IMG/VR virus record: IMGVR_UViG_3300009566_000068
Span: 1 to 53,296 of that record
Direction: 5' to 3' (one strand)
Length of the DNA: 53,296 nucleotides
Source: a virus
Lineage: Duplodnaviria > Caudoviricetes
Every line of letters starts with the position of its first letter. Positions within the stretch are counted from its first letter, which is position 1. Below the pieces are notes generated by a model that was not told where the DNA came from, searched no databases, and saw only the letters and a list, made by a program, of their open reading frames with translations. Of this stretch, positions 10,801-19,262 are shown one piece after another. The translations under genes and the position numbers were made by a program.

Positions 10801-12061
10801 TCCCGACCTTGCTCATGCCAATCATCGTCGTGTTCAGGGTATAGAGCTTGTTGAGCGCGAGTTGTTCTGCATTAATCTGCTCCAAGCGGGCAGCGAGCTG
10901 GTGATCCCCAGCGAGTTCGCGCATCCTGGCCGCGTGCTGGGCATCATTGACCTCGGCCTCATAAGCCTTTTTGTTCGCGTCCATGAGGACCTTGAGGACC
11001 TTGTCGGCGTTTTTGCTCGTCTCGACATAGGCCTTTAATTTATCCAGTAGGGCATCGCGAACTTTTTTTGCATTGTCGATCTGCTCTTTCGTCGCCTTCT
11101 TTTGAACATCGGCTGTCCCGTTAAAATTATCGAGGGCCTTTTTCTGCAAATCCACATATGCCTTGTAATCCGCTTCCGAATATGCCTTGAATCGTTCCGC
11201 ATCCTCTTTGAACTTTTGGCTGATGTCGCCGAAAGTAATCATGGATCGAAACGCAGCTATACCCTGGCAGAGTTTCCAGAAATTCGCCGTGAGCCACAAA
11301 GAGGTCGCGCCAATTCGCTGAAATATCGAATAGGCGACCTGACAGGCGCGAACCAGGAAGACACCTACATCTTCCCCTGTTTGCTTTACCTGGGTGTGAA
11401 ATCGCTGCATCGCAATTGTCGCATCGTCCTCGGTCCCCTGCAGCTGTAATTGCTTGACCTGTAAATTCGCGATCGCCAATTCAAACAAGACGGTTTGATC
11501 CGCACCGGCTTTTATAGCTCCCTCGACTATTTTCATCTGGTCCCTGGTAACGGCGCCGGCTTGGACCAGGGCCCGCGGCATACGGTTTGCCAGAGAGTCG
11601 GACATTCTCTCGAAGGCCTCGCCGGTCGTCGTACCCATGTATTTCGCGGAGGTGCCGACAACGGAAGCAAACTGCTGTACCTGTTTCGGATCATATTCGG
11701 ACAGCATCATCTTGTTAGCTTTTTGCATGAGATCGGAATCGTCAATTGTCTCCTTTGTCAATTTTTTTAGGTTCGCAATCATTTGCTCGGAACTTACGCC
11801 CGATTCCTCGGCGATGATCTTGAAAGACGATTCGATCCGCATTGCAGCAGCACCCTGATCCATATACTGTGCTGCCTTATTGATCAGCTGCCATGAGCCA
11901 TAGACAGCCGCCGATGTCTCAAGCCAGTTCTTCTTAACCTTTGCAGAAAACGATTCGGAATCGCTGGAGAGCTTTTTCAGGTTTGCGGAAAACGAGTTGA
12001 TGCCGGTAATTGCGCCGGTGGCATCAGTTGATATTTTTAGCTTTACTTCCTGCTCGGCCAT
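7865..12061 (-). CDS. Tail tape measure protein
   Basis: 1398 aa, Ala-rich helical, C-terminal 'YASGGDFAGGWRLVGENGPEL'; follows the tail chaperones. Confidence 0.9.
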   Translation of the reverse strand: MAEQEVKLKISTDATGAITGINSFSANLKKLSSDSESFSAKVKKNWLETSAAVYGSWQLINKAAQYMDQGAAAMRIESSFKIIAEESGVSSEQMIANLKKLTKETIDDSDLMQKANKMMLSEYDPKQVQQFASVVGTSAKYMGTTTGEAFERMSDSLANRMPRALVQAGAVTRDQMKIVEGAIKAGADQTVLFELAIANLQVKQLQLQGTEDDATIAMQRFHTQVKQTGEDVGVFLVRACQVAYSIFQRIGATSLWLTANFWKLCQGIAAFRSMITFGDISQKFKEDAERFKAYSEADYKAYVDLQKKALDNFNGTADVQKKATKEQIDNAKKVRDALLDKLKAYVETSKNADKVLKVLMDANKKAYEAEVNDAQHAARMRELAGDHQLAARLEQINAEQLALNKLYTLNTTMIGMSKVGSSLKDAQYEKAWEEYSKEWNKNENKRAETTAEVSNYIRDTNINLFKQIDQYSKEYQKAEEDATRQKYDTIRSVVTAAERLGIIDAQEASAERIMIAKAEANEIATIAANIALSKARAMQEVTGATKGPYSSEYSKATEDAIRSQADLLKIQLGDRFNKEEWITAKIQEETAKRLDSQADYYSQIGGFEKKSLAIRLRAIEERRKAEGKLTGDQKAANQLALQETNAAIADEQARKLALIQNTMSGYAQLFEGLSQMYDKDSSERKRLHDVAMGFLLAEKIAAFALAVVKAVEACANAAASGDPYTAVARIAAVAAALGAVFASAGMSMHLGGGGADVQPVKSESTVLGAERGTESQSVDRTLKILDDTYNLQYHELRGIHDAVKGLNDNITGLVRALVLGGGSFDSGIFATILTNSRPSWTSSAGSLGSFGIGAFSGDPFTAMTHTMLEGLFGGQLGKNIGSFLSSVFGGRTSSWTSDAGIAYRAPTVGGLQQGSDVSANWYVIQQYLKEGGWFHGNRSWSETTYGAVPEDVTVLLTKVYKNISDTLILLTNELGTDIEKTLNYAFGYVELSLKDQSGEQIEKTLKAYFSRVGDLAVKTLFGDMLQAYQQVGEGMMETAIRLITDKATVMEALKMTGQAFTGTTQEVIAFSETIIEMAGGLDKFTDAVSYYYDNFYSNAERFAYAREGMVSTFEEMDLAMPRNKEQFRDLVESLDLTTVAGKETYVALIQMAEATDKYYDQVEEWVGKVKDARESMRMEGMEYEQQRSTAGQLALNAALEQAKLGNYAMIDDLDFGEIASQASSTALFATRKEYEANYYQTYNRMSELERLIGGQVPIDEQQLIIQKEQLKVLNQIAGNTEFQLVDENGIHHAPKPGQLGYDPGMSYLLGYASGGDFAGGWRLVGENGPELEYTGASRIYSNKDSKALLDYSELLAEIKALRVDLRAGDYAIAKSAAKTAKLLDRWNGEGLPAERTLT

Positions 12062-12437
12062 CTTTCATCTCCTCGCAGTTCTTACAGGCCCATTCAAAAT
12101 AATCGCCGAATATGATCCGGCATTCATCTTTCTTATGGGAATTACAGACGCCGTCGTCTTTGTCTTTATCTAGTTTTTCCCCCAAGATGCGGAGGGCCTC
12201 GCGCTCATAACAGGCGACCTTGAGCAGAAAATCCCGGTCCACCGAAATGCCTATGCCCTGGGCAATCATAATCATCGTTTTCATGTCCAGGGCATAGATT
12301 CCGGCAGATCCGCACAGCCATTGGTTTCTCCCGATCAGAAGAACTTCCCAAACGTCGTTGTTGCCAGGGAGAAGTATCTCTTTCGCATCTCCCTCCTCAC
12401 CCGAAAATAAAGCTCGGGTGAGGCTTATGAGTTTTTT
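12024..12437 (-). CDS. gpT-like frameshifted extension of the tail assembly chaperone
   Basis: -1 frame is open from the slippery site at 12431-12437 into ORF 12024-12284. Confidence 0.8.
   Translation of the reverse strand, partial: KKLISLTRALFSGEEGDAKEILLPGNNDVWEVLLIGRNQWLCGSAGIYALDMKTMIMIAQGIGISVDRDFLLKVACYEREALRILGEKLDKDKDDGVCNSHKKDECRIIFGDYFEWACKNCEEMKDGRAGSKAKNIN
12395..12437 (-). other. Programmed -1 ribosomal frameshift signal
   Basis: A AAA AAC heptamer, 7-nt spacer, perfect 10-bp hairpin CCTCACCCGA/TCGGGTGAGG. Confidence 0.85.
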
Positions 12438-12838
12438 ACTTCTGACTCCTGAAGGTTTGCAGCGGCGATTTCAACAGATTGCGCCAAGCCCCAGATCCAG
12501 TCGCGCAATTGCGGGACATTGAAAATCATCCGGCGACTTTCCACGTTATCGGAAAGCAGGTTGCCGTCCTCATCGCCGACTCCCTCAAACGCTTCGATCA
12601 TGTATGAGGCCAAGGCATCATTGAACTTTTCCTCATCGGTCAGCTTCTCGGCCGGAACCATCCTTCTGGTCACCGGATCAAGTTCCATCTCCATCTTAAT
12701 GAAAGGTTTTCTGATGGCCTTTGCCGCCTCCGCGGTGAGCTTTCTTACTTTGAACCTGACACCCTCCGAAAATGTCGCCCAAACGCCCTCGGGCGGGTTC
12801 TTGATGTCAAATTTTCCCAGCTTTCCAAGTTTCAGCAT
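12425..12838 (-). CDS. Tail assembly chaperone (gpG-like)
   Basis: Between tail tube and tape measure; ends in slippery 'VKNS*'. Confidence 0.85.
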   Translation of the reverse strand: MLKLGKLGKFDIKNPPEGVWATFSEGVRFKVRKLTAEAAKAIRKPFIKMEMELDPVTRRMVPAEKLTDEEKFNDALASYMIEAFEGVGDEDGNLLSDNVESRRMIFNVPQLRDWIWGLAQSVEIAAANLQESEVKNS

Positions 12839-12914
12839 TTCCTCTCTCCTTTGCTATTTGATTTCGGGGCCGCGGCGTCTCAGTCCGGTACGCGGCCCCT
12901 ACTTGGTAATCATT

Positions 12915-14186
12915 TTATGCAGCGTATGTGGCGACCTTGTTTGCGACCTCTACACGGCACGATCCATAAGTTGCATCCTGGAGCACGACCAGATCGCCGG
13001 CCTCGACCAAAACCTTACCGCCAACGGAGATCGGGGCTTTCAACACGGCACATTTCGGGAACACGACATCTACATAATAATTCTTGCCGGTATCGAACTC
13101 CGCTCCCGTTGCCTTCATGTGGACACCGAAATACTCGTTGTCTTTCATGCGCTGCTGTAGGATGAAATCCCGGAGCTGGCGGTTGAGCGTGAGCGTCTGA
13201 GTCCTGCCCTGGCGAAGCGCATAATTCGCGTATGTGCCGGTCCCGCCGACGCGGTACTCGATTGCCAGGTTGTTGTTGATGGTATGCTCGATGCTCTCCA
13301 CTTCGGAAGAAATTGTCCGGCCTTCCAGGAAAGTCGTGCCGTTCCATTTCCCGCCCACAACAACGACTAGGTCTGTGACCCGGAGCGGCGGCTCAGTGAC
13401 TCTCGCCGGAAAAGAGGCCCAGGCGGGCTCGGTCGGCACATAGAGGACCTCGTATGTCGTCGATGTCGCCGCAACTCCGGGAGCGGTGATCGTAATCTCA
13501 GCCGGGGTCGCATCGGACACGGCTGAATAAGTGACCTCTTTCCATTCTCCGGTCGCCGGGACAAGCACCCGGACCTGGTGAACGTTATCGAGCCTGGTAC
13601 CCGCTGCCGCACCATGCACGGCGTTCGCGGCCAGGGTGAGCGAAGTCGCATTGAAAGCGGCGGTGATCGATTCGCGGGAAATATTGTCCGTATATTTGCC
13701 GGTTCCCTTGCAGTCCAGGGTCAGCTTCGCCCAGGAGTCCTTCGCAAAGGACGCCTTGAGGCTGTCGACGTGCATACTGGCGAACAGCCTTTTCAGGATG
13801 GTGCTGCCGAGGCGCTGCGCGAGCGAGAAGGACGGCAGGAACATATCGTCGGTCGGCACGACAAGGTGCTTATATCCGGTCCCGTATGCCGAAACGCTCC
13901 GGGAGCCAAGGGCAAAAGCGTAACCGAATCCGAAATGCTGCGCTTGGGCCTTCTCGAAATCGAGCGAGCCGTTCGAGAGGGCGCCAAGATCGTAAACGGT
14001 GTCGGCCTCCTCAAGACCGGTCAGTTCGTCCTTGTTATCCTCCCGGCGGGGATCAAGCTGGAAGACGGTACTTTTCGTGACCAGCATCGAGGTGTCCAGG
14101 GTCTGCTCGGTATTGATCGCCGATTCTTTCAAAAGGGCGCTCACCGCGATTAAGTCATAATCTGCCAAATAATTCCGCATTGTCAC
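12915..14186 (-). CDS. Major tail tube protein
   Basis: Position before the chaperones; beta-rich 423 aa; RBS GGAGG. Confidence 0.75.
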   Translation of the reverse strand: MTMRNYLADYDLIAVSALLKESAINTEQTLDTSMLVTKSTVFQLDPRREDNKDELTGLEEADTVYDLGALSNGSLDFEKAQAQHFGFGYAFALGSRSVSAYGTGYKHLVVPTDDMFLPSFSLAQRLGSTILKRLFASMHVDSLKASFAKDSWAKLTLDCKGTGKYTDNISRESITAAFNATSLTLAANAVHGAAAGTRLDNVHQVRVLVPATGEWKEVTYSAVSDATPAEITITAPGVAATSTTYEVLYVPTEPAWASFPARVTEPPLRVTDLVVVVGGKWNGTTFLEGRTISSEVESIEHTINNNLAIEYRVGGTGTYANYALRQGRTQTLTLNRQLRDFILQQRMKDNEYFGVHMKATGAEFDTGKNYYVDVVFPKCAVLKAPISVGGKVLVEAGDLVVLQDATYGSCRVEVANKVATYAA

Positions 14187-14368
14187 TCACCTCCTGTATT
14201 TTCTTCGTCCTGGCAGGCCGCGACCTCCCCGACTTTTCCAACTATTTCAAAACGGCCCTGCTCTCCGGGCGGAATCTCATCATATTTTTCGCCGGCCCGA
14301 AACTGTCTCCCCGCAAAAGGCCCATCAACGATGTCAATGTTCGGCTCACCTGGTTTCATTTTCCACAT
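14183..14368 (-). CDS. Small phage protein (MWKMKPGE...)
   Basis: RBS AAGGAGGG before ATG at 14368; stop overlaps the tail tube start. Confidence 0.55.
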   Translation of the reverse strand: MWKMKPGEPNIDIVDGPFAGRQFRAGEKYDEIPPGEQGRFEIVGKVGEVAACQDEENTGGE

Positions 14369-14381
14369 GGCACCCTCCTTT

Positions 14382-14825
14382 TCAGTATTTCCATTTCTCT
14401 GTTTGATATTCGATCTCAATGACGATCTTCGCTGTCCCGGTGATTTTGTCCTCATGTCTGACCTCCATCTCTTCCGAAATCGGCTGAGTATCCAGCGCCA
14501 AGCCTCCCCAGGTGTCATCTGTGCCGATCGCCGCGTAGACGTCCTCGATCATCTCCCGCAATTTTTCCGGCGTCGTATCGGCGCTGCGGGTCTTGATTAC
14601 GATCTCGAGTCGGAGCTTGTTCGTATATTCGCGGTTTGTGAACGAGGCAATCTCGTTTGTCCGGTCCCGGTAGACGAGGCTCTCGAGTTCGCTGTCTGCG
14701 AGTTCCCGGTCCAGCCAATCGAAAACATGAGCGCCCAAATTTGAGTTGAAGCCGCCGTCGGTGTCGATTGCGTTAAACCTGGTGTCAATCGCGTCAATTA
14801 ATTGCTGCCGGATCGAATCTGTCAT
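14382..14825 (-). CDS. Tail terminator (gpU-like)
   Basis: 'SIRQQLIDAI...DVYAAIGTDDTWGGLA' pattern; acidic 147 aa upstream of the tail tube. Confidence 0.7.
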   Translation of the reverse strand: MTDSIRQQLIDAIDTRFNAIDTDGGFNSNLGAHVFDWLDRELADSELESLVYRDRTNEIASFTNREYTNKLRLEIVIKTRSADTTPEKLREMIEDVYAAIGTDDTWGGLALDTQPISEEMEVRHEDKITGTAKIVIEIEYQTEKWKY

Positions 14826-14845
14826 CTTTTTTTCGCCTCAAATTT

Positions 14846-15170
14846 TCGATCAATACGCTCGATTTTACGTTTGCTTCAAAACCGCCCTATTTATTTCGTT
14901 TTCAATCCCCGCCAATATAGAGATGGTGAGGGGTTACTCATGCCCGCCAGCCTGGTATTTGTAAGGGTTTGCGCTGATTTTGCGAACCCAATGATAGTAA
15001 GGGTTTACGCAGATCGTGTTTTTCATCCCCGCAAACATAGGATGGGTAAGGGACAGACGGCGTGTCAGGAAGGTCGCCACGCAACGATCTCATGCCCCCC
15101 CTTAGGATTATAAAGGGGTGGGTTACCTCGCTTTTCGTCCATTTGCTCATATTTGGCATGGTTTTTGTCC
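14846..15170. repeat. ~325-bp non-coding cassette, copy A
   Basis: Homologous to 30930-31254 at constant offset 16,084; intergenic. Confidence 0.9.
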
Positions 15171-15176
15171 GACCTT

Positions 15177-15491
15177 TTAATCCTCACTCAAGGTCACAAA
15201 GCTCTCGGCAACAACATTTACATTATTCCTGGGCGGGTCTTTGATCTTGTAAGTCGTGCCATTCACAAGAATCGTTTCACCCGGGAGCGCGGCGCCGATG
15301 TCGCTCGTGAGCGCCCGAATGTAAACGTCATATGTGCCGGGGCCTTCTTCCAACTCCATATGCTCTTTTTTAAAAAACACCGTGATCGTCACGGCCGGAC
15401 CTGTCGTCGGGGTGTAGACGGCACTCTGTGCGACACCGTCACTTAAGGCCTGGAGATAAAGCGTGGCGAGTTCCTGCTCCCATATGCCCAT
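15177..15491 (-). CDS. Head-tail joining protein (gpFII-like)
   Basis: 104 aa, 'AVYTP...PGETILVNGTTYKI' pattern. Confidence 0.65.
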   Translation of the reverse strand: MGIWEQELATLYLQALSDGVAQSAVYTPTTGPAVTITVFFKKEHMELEEGPGTYDVYIRALTSDIGAALPGETILVNGTTYKIKDPPRNNVNVVAESFVTLSED

Positions 15492-15925
15492 TAGTTCCTA
15501 CCCCTTAGATAATTCGCCTCTGCATTTCTGCGTAAAACAAGCCCTGGAAGCTTTTTGCCTCCGGCAAAGACCCACTTGACGATCTCCCGGATCGCTTCAT
15601 CCCAATCCTGCTGATTGATTCGCCGGCGCAAGGTGGAATACTTCAACCGGCCGCTCCCGAGATTGAAAACAAAGTCGATAATGGCCGCTTGGCGCTTATC
15701 ATTTTCGGTCCTGAGCACCGGGCAGATATTGAAGGCTCCGCGTTGAGCCTTGCGGAGATCCCCGTCAAGAACCGTCTCAGCCTCTCCAGGGGGCAAGGGG
15801 CGGACCGGCTCGCTAGCCTGGAAGGCGTGGCCCCATCCCGCTGTCCAGATACCTGCAGGGCATTTGTACGGCGCTTCTGAGTAGCCCTCGAACTGTTTGG
15901 CGAGATTGACTGCTATGGGATTCAT
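15491..15925 (-). CDS. Endolysin, GH24 lysozyme
   Basis: 'FEGYSEAPYKCPAGIWTAGWGH', 'FVFNLGSG', 'LPGLVLRRNAE'; start reassigned to ATG 15925 overlapping the holin stop. Confidence 0.9.
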   Translation of the reverse strand: MNPIAVNLAKQFEGYSEAPYKCPAGIWTAGWGHAFQASEPVRPLPPGEAETVLDGDLRKAQRGAFNICPVLRTENDKRQAAIIDFVFNLGSGRLKYSTLRRRINQQDWDEAIREIVKWVFAGGKKLPGLVLRRNAEANYLRGRN

Positions 15926-16401
15926 TTTTTTCTCAGAACCCTGTCGAGGAACCAGAAGTTGATGATGCCGGCGACAACAGCCTGTTCTTCGGCTCCGAAG
16001 CAGGCCAGAATAGCTGCCGGCAGGGCCGTTAAATTTGCTCCGCCTGCCTGCCACGCGGACACCATTCGGCAAACAATGACGCCCGGGTAAAGAATTACAA
16101 CCCATTGAATCGTAATCAGGGGGCGCATGAGGGCAGACATCGCATCAACCCATCTCACTCCGGTAGGTTGAGCTTGAGCTGCGAGCGCGGCCATAAGGGC
16201 ATCGAGCCCCTTGATTTCGTAATCGACACCCTTCGCCTCAAGCACCTGTGTCCCTTGGAGTTGTGCCATTTCTTTAGCCTTGTCCTGCATATCGAGTTCG
16301 TGCTTGCGCTCGTTTTTTTTGTCGAGATAACTGAAAAGCTCCGGAAACAGGCGCAGGGCCCCACCTAAAAGACCGCCCAAAATAGTCGTAATCGGTTCCA
16401 T
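15922..16401 (-). CDS. Putative holin
   Basis: Hydrophobic segments, 'RPLIT' and 'IINFWFLDR' motifs of 3TM holin-like proteins; adjacent to lysozyme. Confidence 0.65.
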   Translation of the reverse strand: MEPITTILGGLLGGALRLFPELFSYLDKKNERKHELDMQDKAKEMAQLQGTQVLEAKGVDYEIKGLDALMAALAAQAQPTGVRWVDAMSALMRPLITIQWVVILYPGVIVCRMVSAWQAGGANLTALPAAILACFGAEEQAVVAGIINFWFLDRVLRKK

Positions 16402-16418
16402 AGCCTCCCCATTAAAAG

Positions 16419-16649
16419 TTATTTAAAAAGTCGTTGGGTAAAAAATGCGATCATCCCGCCAATGACTCCGGAAATTGCGGCAATAGACGTATCGAACTTT
16501 TTTCTGAGATCAAATTTCCGCTCCAATGTTTTCACATTGGTTTCAAGGGTAGTCATTTTTAGATTGGATGATATTGCGCAATCATACAGGACATTGAGCT
16601 TGGAGCTGACGTCCATGCCCTCAAACGTTTCGCGGGATATTCCGTTCAT
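16419..16649 (-). CDS. Small coiled-coil plus TM protein (lysis accessory-like)
   Basis: C-terminal hydrophobic helix; first gene of the lysis cluster. Confidence 0.5.
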   Translation of the reverse strand: MNGISRETFEGMDVSSKLNVLYDCAISSNLKMTTLETNVKTLERKFDLRKKFDTSIAAISGVIGGMIAFFTQRLFK

Positions 16650-16681
16650 GCCCCTTCCCTTTCAAATTCAGCTTCAGCTTT

Positions 16682-16712
16682 AAAAAAAGCCCCTCCCCTT
16701 TCAGGGAGGGGC
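16682..16712 (-). terminator. Intrinsic terminator after major capsid
   Basis: GCCCCTCCC/GGGAGGGGC stem plus U7 on the - strand. Confidence 0.85.
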
Positions 16713-16719
16713 GCCAGGA

Positions 16720-17718
16720 TCAGGTATGAATGTTGCTGAAAAGGTAAGTGCAGGCCGCGGCTATGTCGCTAACGACGGCTCCCGCATCGTTTTGCGAGGC
16801 GATATACGCTTCGTCCACATGGTGGCGAACACGTATAACATCGCTCCTGCGGGAATCGTCGCGGTAGGACTCGACAAGGGCGTTCTCAGGGCTGTCCTCG
16901 GTCCACAGGAAGGTGCGACCAACACCGGGCTGAGTGATATCGTCGCCTCTGCTGATCTTTACCAGTGATGCGTATTCGTAATTCCAGACGTCGGTTATCG
17001 TCGCCGCCTTGTTGCGTTTAGCGGAATCGTAAACCGATCCACCGATAATGACCTCCGGTACATCAAACACGGCCGCAAGTTGGGCACTCGTCATCTTATT
17101 GATGTCCAGGCCGGGAAAGGTGTATTTTAGACGGTCGACGATCTGATCGCAGTTTTTGAGATCCTCGAAAGTCGTCCAAGATATGACCAGAGCATCAGGC
17201 AGCATGCCGCACTGGAGACGGAAAGCGGCCTTTCCATTCTTTACATCCGTAATCGGTTTCGCGGTGGCCGGGACATTCCATTCGACGGAGACCGCGTGTG
17301 GCGTGAATCGATTCGGATTGAAAATCCTGTCGGCGATTCGCTTTTCCTGAGAGCGCAGGATGATATTGAGCGCCCGCTGAGTCGCAATCCTGTCGGCCAG
17401 ACCGGGAGAGCGACGGTCGAGGTTCTTGCGCTCGCTGTCGTCGATCGGTTCTTCCCATCCTTTTTCTGAGGTCGAGTATTTGCCGGCCTCATATTCCCAA
17501 TCGCCCCTGTTGTATTTACCTCTCGGCGCCCTGTTGACATCCTGGATCTTCAACAGCACTTCTTTCGGGATGACGGAATAGGTCGATGACATATCCGCTA
17601 CAGTAAAAATCGGCATCAATTGGAGGCCAATATATCCCATGGAGGGTCCCTCGAAAAACTCGAGGACCGTCACCCCAAGATCCGGCCTGTAAATAGTTGT
17701 TCCAGTTGCAGGTCTCAT
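16720..17718 (-). CDS. Major capsid protein
   Basis: 332 aa after the decoration gene; strong RBS; followed by a terminator; gpE-like pattern. Confidence 0.8.
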   Translation of the reverse strand: MRPATGTTIYRPDLGVTVLEFFEGPSMGYIGLQLMPIFTVADMSSTYSVIPKEVLLKIQDVNRAPRGKYNRGDWEYEAGKYSTSEKGWEEPIDDSERKNLDRRSPGLADRIATQRALNIILRSQEKRIADRIFNPNRFTPHAVSVEWNVPATAKPITDVKNGKAAFRLQCGMLPDALVISWTTFEDLKNCDQIVDRLKYTFPGLDINKMTSAQLAAVFDVPEVIIGGSVYDSAKRNKAATITDVWNYEYASLVKISRGDDITQPGVGRTFLWTEDSPENALVESYRDDSRRSDVIRVRHHVDEAYIASQNDAGAVVSDIAAACTYLFSNIHT

Positions 17719-17766
17719 ATTTTTTACTCCTCCGTTTCGTTATTTAAGGGCCGGTCTGGTCCCATG

Positions 17767-18726
17767 TTACGAGGTCAAAATTTTCCTCTTGTATTCAACC
17801 CATGCGCCGTAGATGTAAACGGTATCTCCATCATTGGTCCCGCCCAGGGTAAGAACGGCCGTTATCGCTCCCGGAGAGGCGAGGAGACCATCAAGGCCGC
17901 AGGTAAAGACAAGCTCGGTACCAGCGGCAACGATCGCCTGTGCAGCGGTGTCCTGAATATCGGCATTTGCAACATCACCGGCCGCGACCGGGAAGACCTC
18001 GCAATCGAGCGTAAGAGTATCGGCATCTGCATCCTTGCCAGACAGGACGTGAACGGTGAGATCCGCGGTCACGTCGATGTCCTGGGGAAGGGGCACGGAG
18101 AACGCCAGGGCCTCGCCGGAAGTGCAATTGACCGGAATTTCGATGACCATCTCTTTATTGGCGAGCTGCGCGTATCCGGCAACCGTCGTCGCCTGTTTGG
18201 TCAGAGCTGTACCGTCCTCCATGGTGATCGCACCCAGCGGGACCGGCACGCTCGCCTGGATGGATTTAATGTGCTGATAGATTTCAGCAATCGCTGCTTC
18301 CACGGTTGTCTGCGCGGTAAAGCCTCCGGAATCGAGAAGGCTGACGGTTACGGCGGTCGTCGACTTCACGTTCCAGAGAGCTGCTTCGATTATCGCCCCA
18401 TCGACTGCCGCTTCGAGCGAGATGCCCTGGGCGGTTCCGCTCGAAGCATCGCTTACCTTGCCATCGGCTGCACCGTAAAGAACTGTACCCCTGGCAATCG
18501 AGGCACTGACCGCGCACTCGATGTCGAAAGTCCCTGGGAAATTAATGAGACGGATCGCAATCAGCTCGCCGGAAGCAACACCGTATTCGGTCACGCCAAT
18601 ATAATCTTCACCGGCATCCGCATACTCTACCTCAGGGGGATCAAGCACTGTTCCCGCTTTGATCTTGACGCGCCTTCTTTTTTCCAGCGCCTCACCCGCA
18701 TAAAAGGTTTTGATTCCTTCGTTCAT
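17767..18726 (-). CDS. Capsid decoration/cement protein (DUF2190-like) with C-terminal extension
   Basis: N-terminal 'AGEALEKRRRVK...IGVTE...LYGAADGKV...GISLEAA.DG.IIE'. Confidence 0.7.
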   Translation of the reverse strand: MNEGIKTFYAGEALEKRRRVKIKAGTVLDPPEVEYADAGEDYIGVTEYGVASGELIAIRLINFPGTFDIECAVSASIARGTVLYGAADGKVSDASSGTAQGISLEAAVDGAIIEAALWNVKSTTAVTVSLLDSGGFTAQTTVEAAIAEIYQHIKSIQASVPVPLGAITMEDGTALTKQATTVAGYAQLANKEMVIEIPVNCTSGEALAFSVPLPQDIDVTADLTVHVLSGKDADADTLTLDCEVFPVAAGDVANADIQDTAAQAIVAAGTELVFTCGLDGLLASPGAITAVLTLGGTNDGDTVYIYGAWVEYKRKILTS

Positions 18727-18779
18727 ATTTTTTCCTCCTGTGGAGATCTATGATCGTTTTTGTCCACCAGCAATCCAGG

Positions 18780-19262
18780 TTATTTCTTCTGAACGCTTAC
18801 CAGCCACTTCTCATGAGCTTCCGGATAGAGCGCCTGAACGGCCTCGATCGCAGCGCCCTTTGTTACCTTGTGCAAAAGCTGGTATTCGCTCACCATTGTC
18901 GTGAAATCCTTTTCGCCCGCGGTACCCGCTCCGGCACCCGATCCCGGATTATCCGGACCAGCGGCTTTGATCGCGGCAAGCGCGACCTCTCGTGCCTTCT
19001 TCTCAGCATCATCCTCTTTCGCGGCAACGGGGTTGAGCTCGCGGTAGGCCTGGAACTGCTCTACGGTGGTTCCCGTCTCGACGAGCTTTTTGAATTTGTC
19101 CCCGGCTTCGGCGCCGAACTGTATGGAAACAAGGCCGGTAATCCTCAGCCTCTCTCCGTTTACTGCTTCCACCTTCACGCCGTTGATAGCAGCCTCTTTG
19201 ATCTGGTTAACCAACTCCGGATACGCTGCCGTCAGTTGTTCTGTGTTGATAATCTTATCCAT
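18780..19262 (-). CDS. Nested scaffolding protein (Nu3-like internal start)
   Basis: In-frame ATG at 19262 with AAGGAG RBS (19269-19274) after the protease domain. Confidence 0.65.
   Translation of the reverse strand: MDKIINTEQLTAAYPELVNQIKEAAINGVKVEAVNGERLRITGLVSIQFGAEAGDKFKKLVETGTTVEQFQAYRELNPVAAKEDDAEKKAREVALAAIKAAGPDNPGSGAGAGTAGEKDFTTMVSEYQLLHKVTKGAAIEAVQALYPEAHEKWLVSVQKK

Noticed and set aside
14938-15159. 73-aa ORF, and its 82-aa counterpart at 31031-31279, as real paralogous genes
   Set aside because: Many non-conservative amino-acid changes, DNA similarity extends ~90-100 bp beyond the stops, and copy A has no clear RBS; better explained as by-products of the non-coding repeat (not fully excluded)
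15926-16105. N-terminal extension of the lysozyme (also 42013-42081 of int and 14369-14518)
   Set aside because: Overlap upstream genes; downstream starts with coupling or RBS fit better
17620-18753. Long + strand ORFs (377 aa here; also 23193-24056, 12519-13160, 13578-14153)
   Set aside because: Antisense shadows of well-supported GC-rich phage genes
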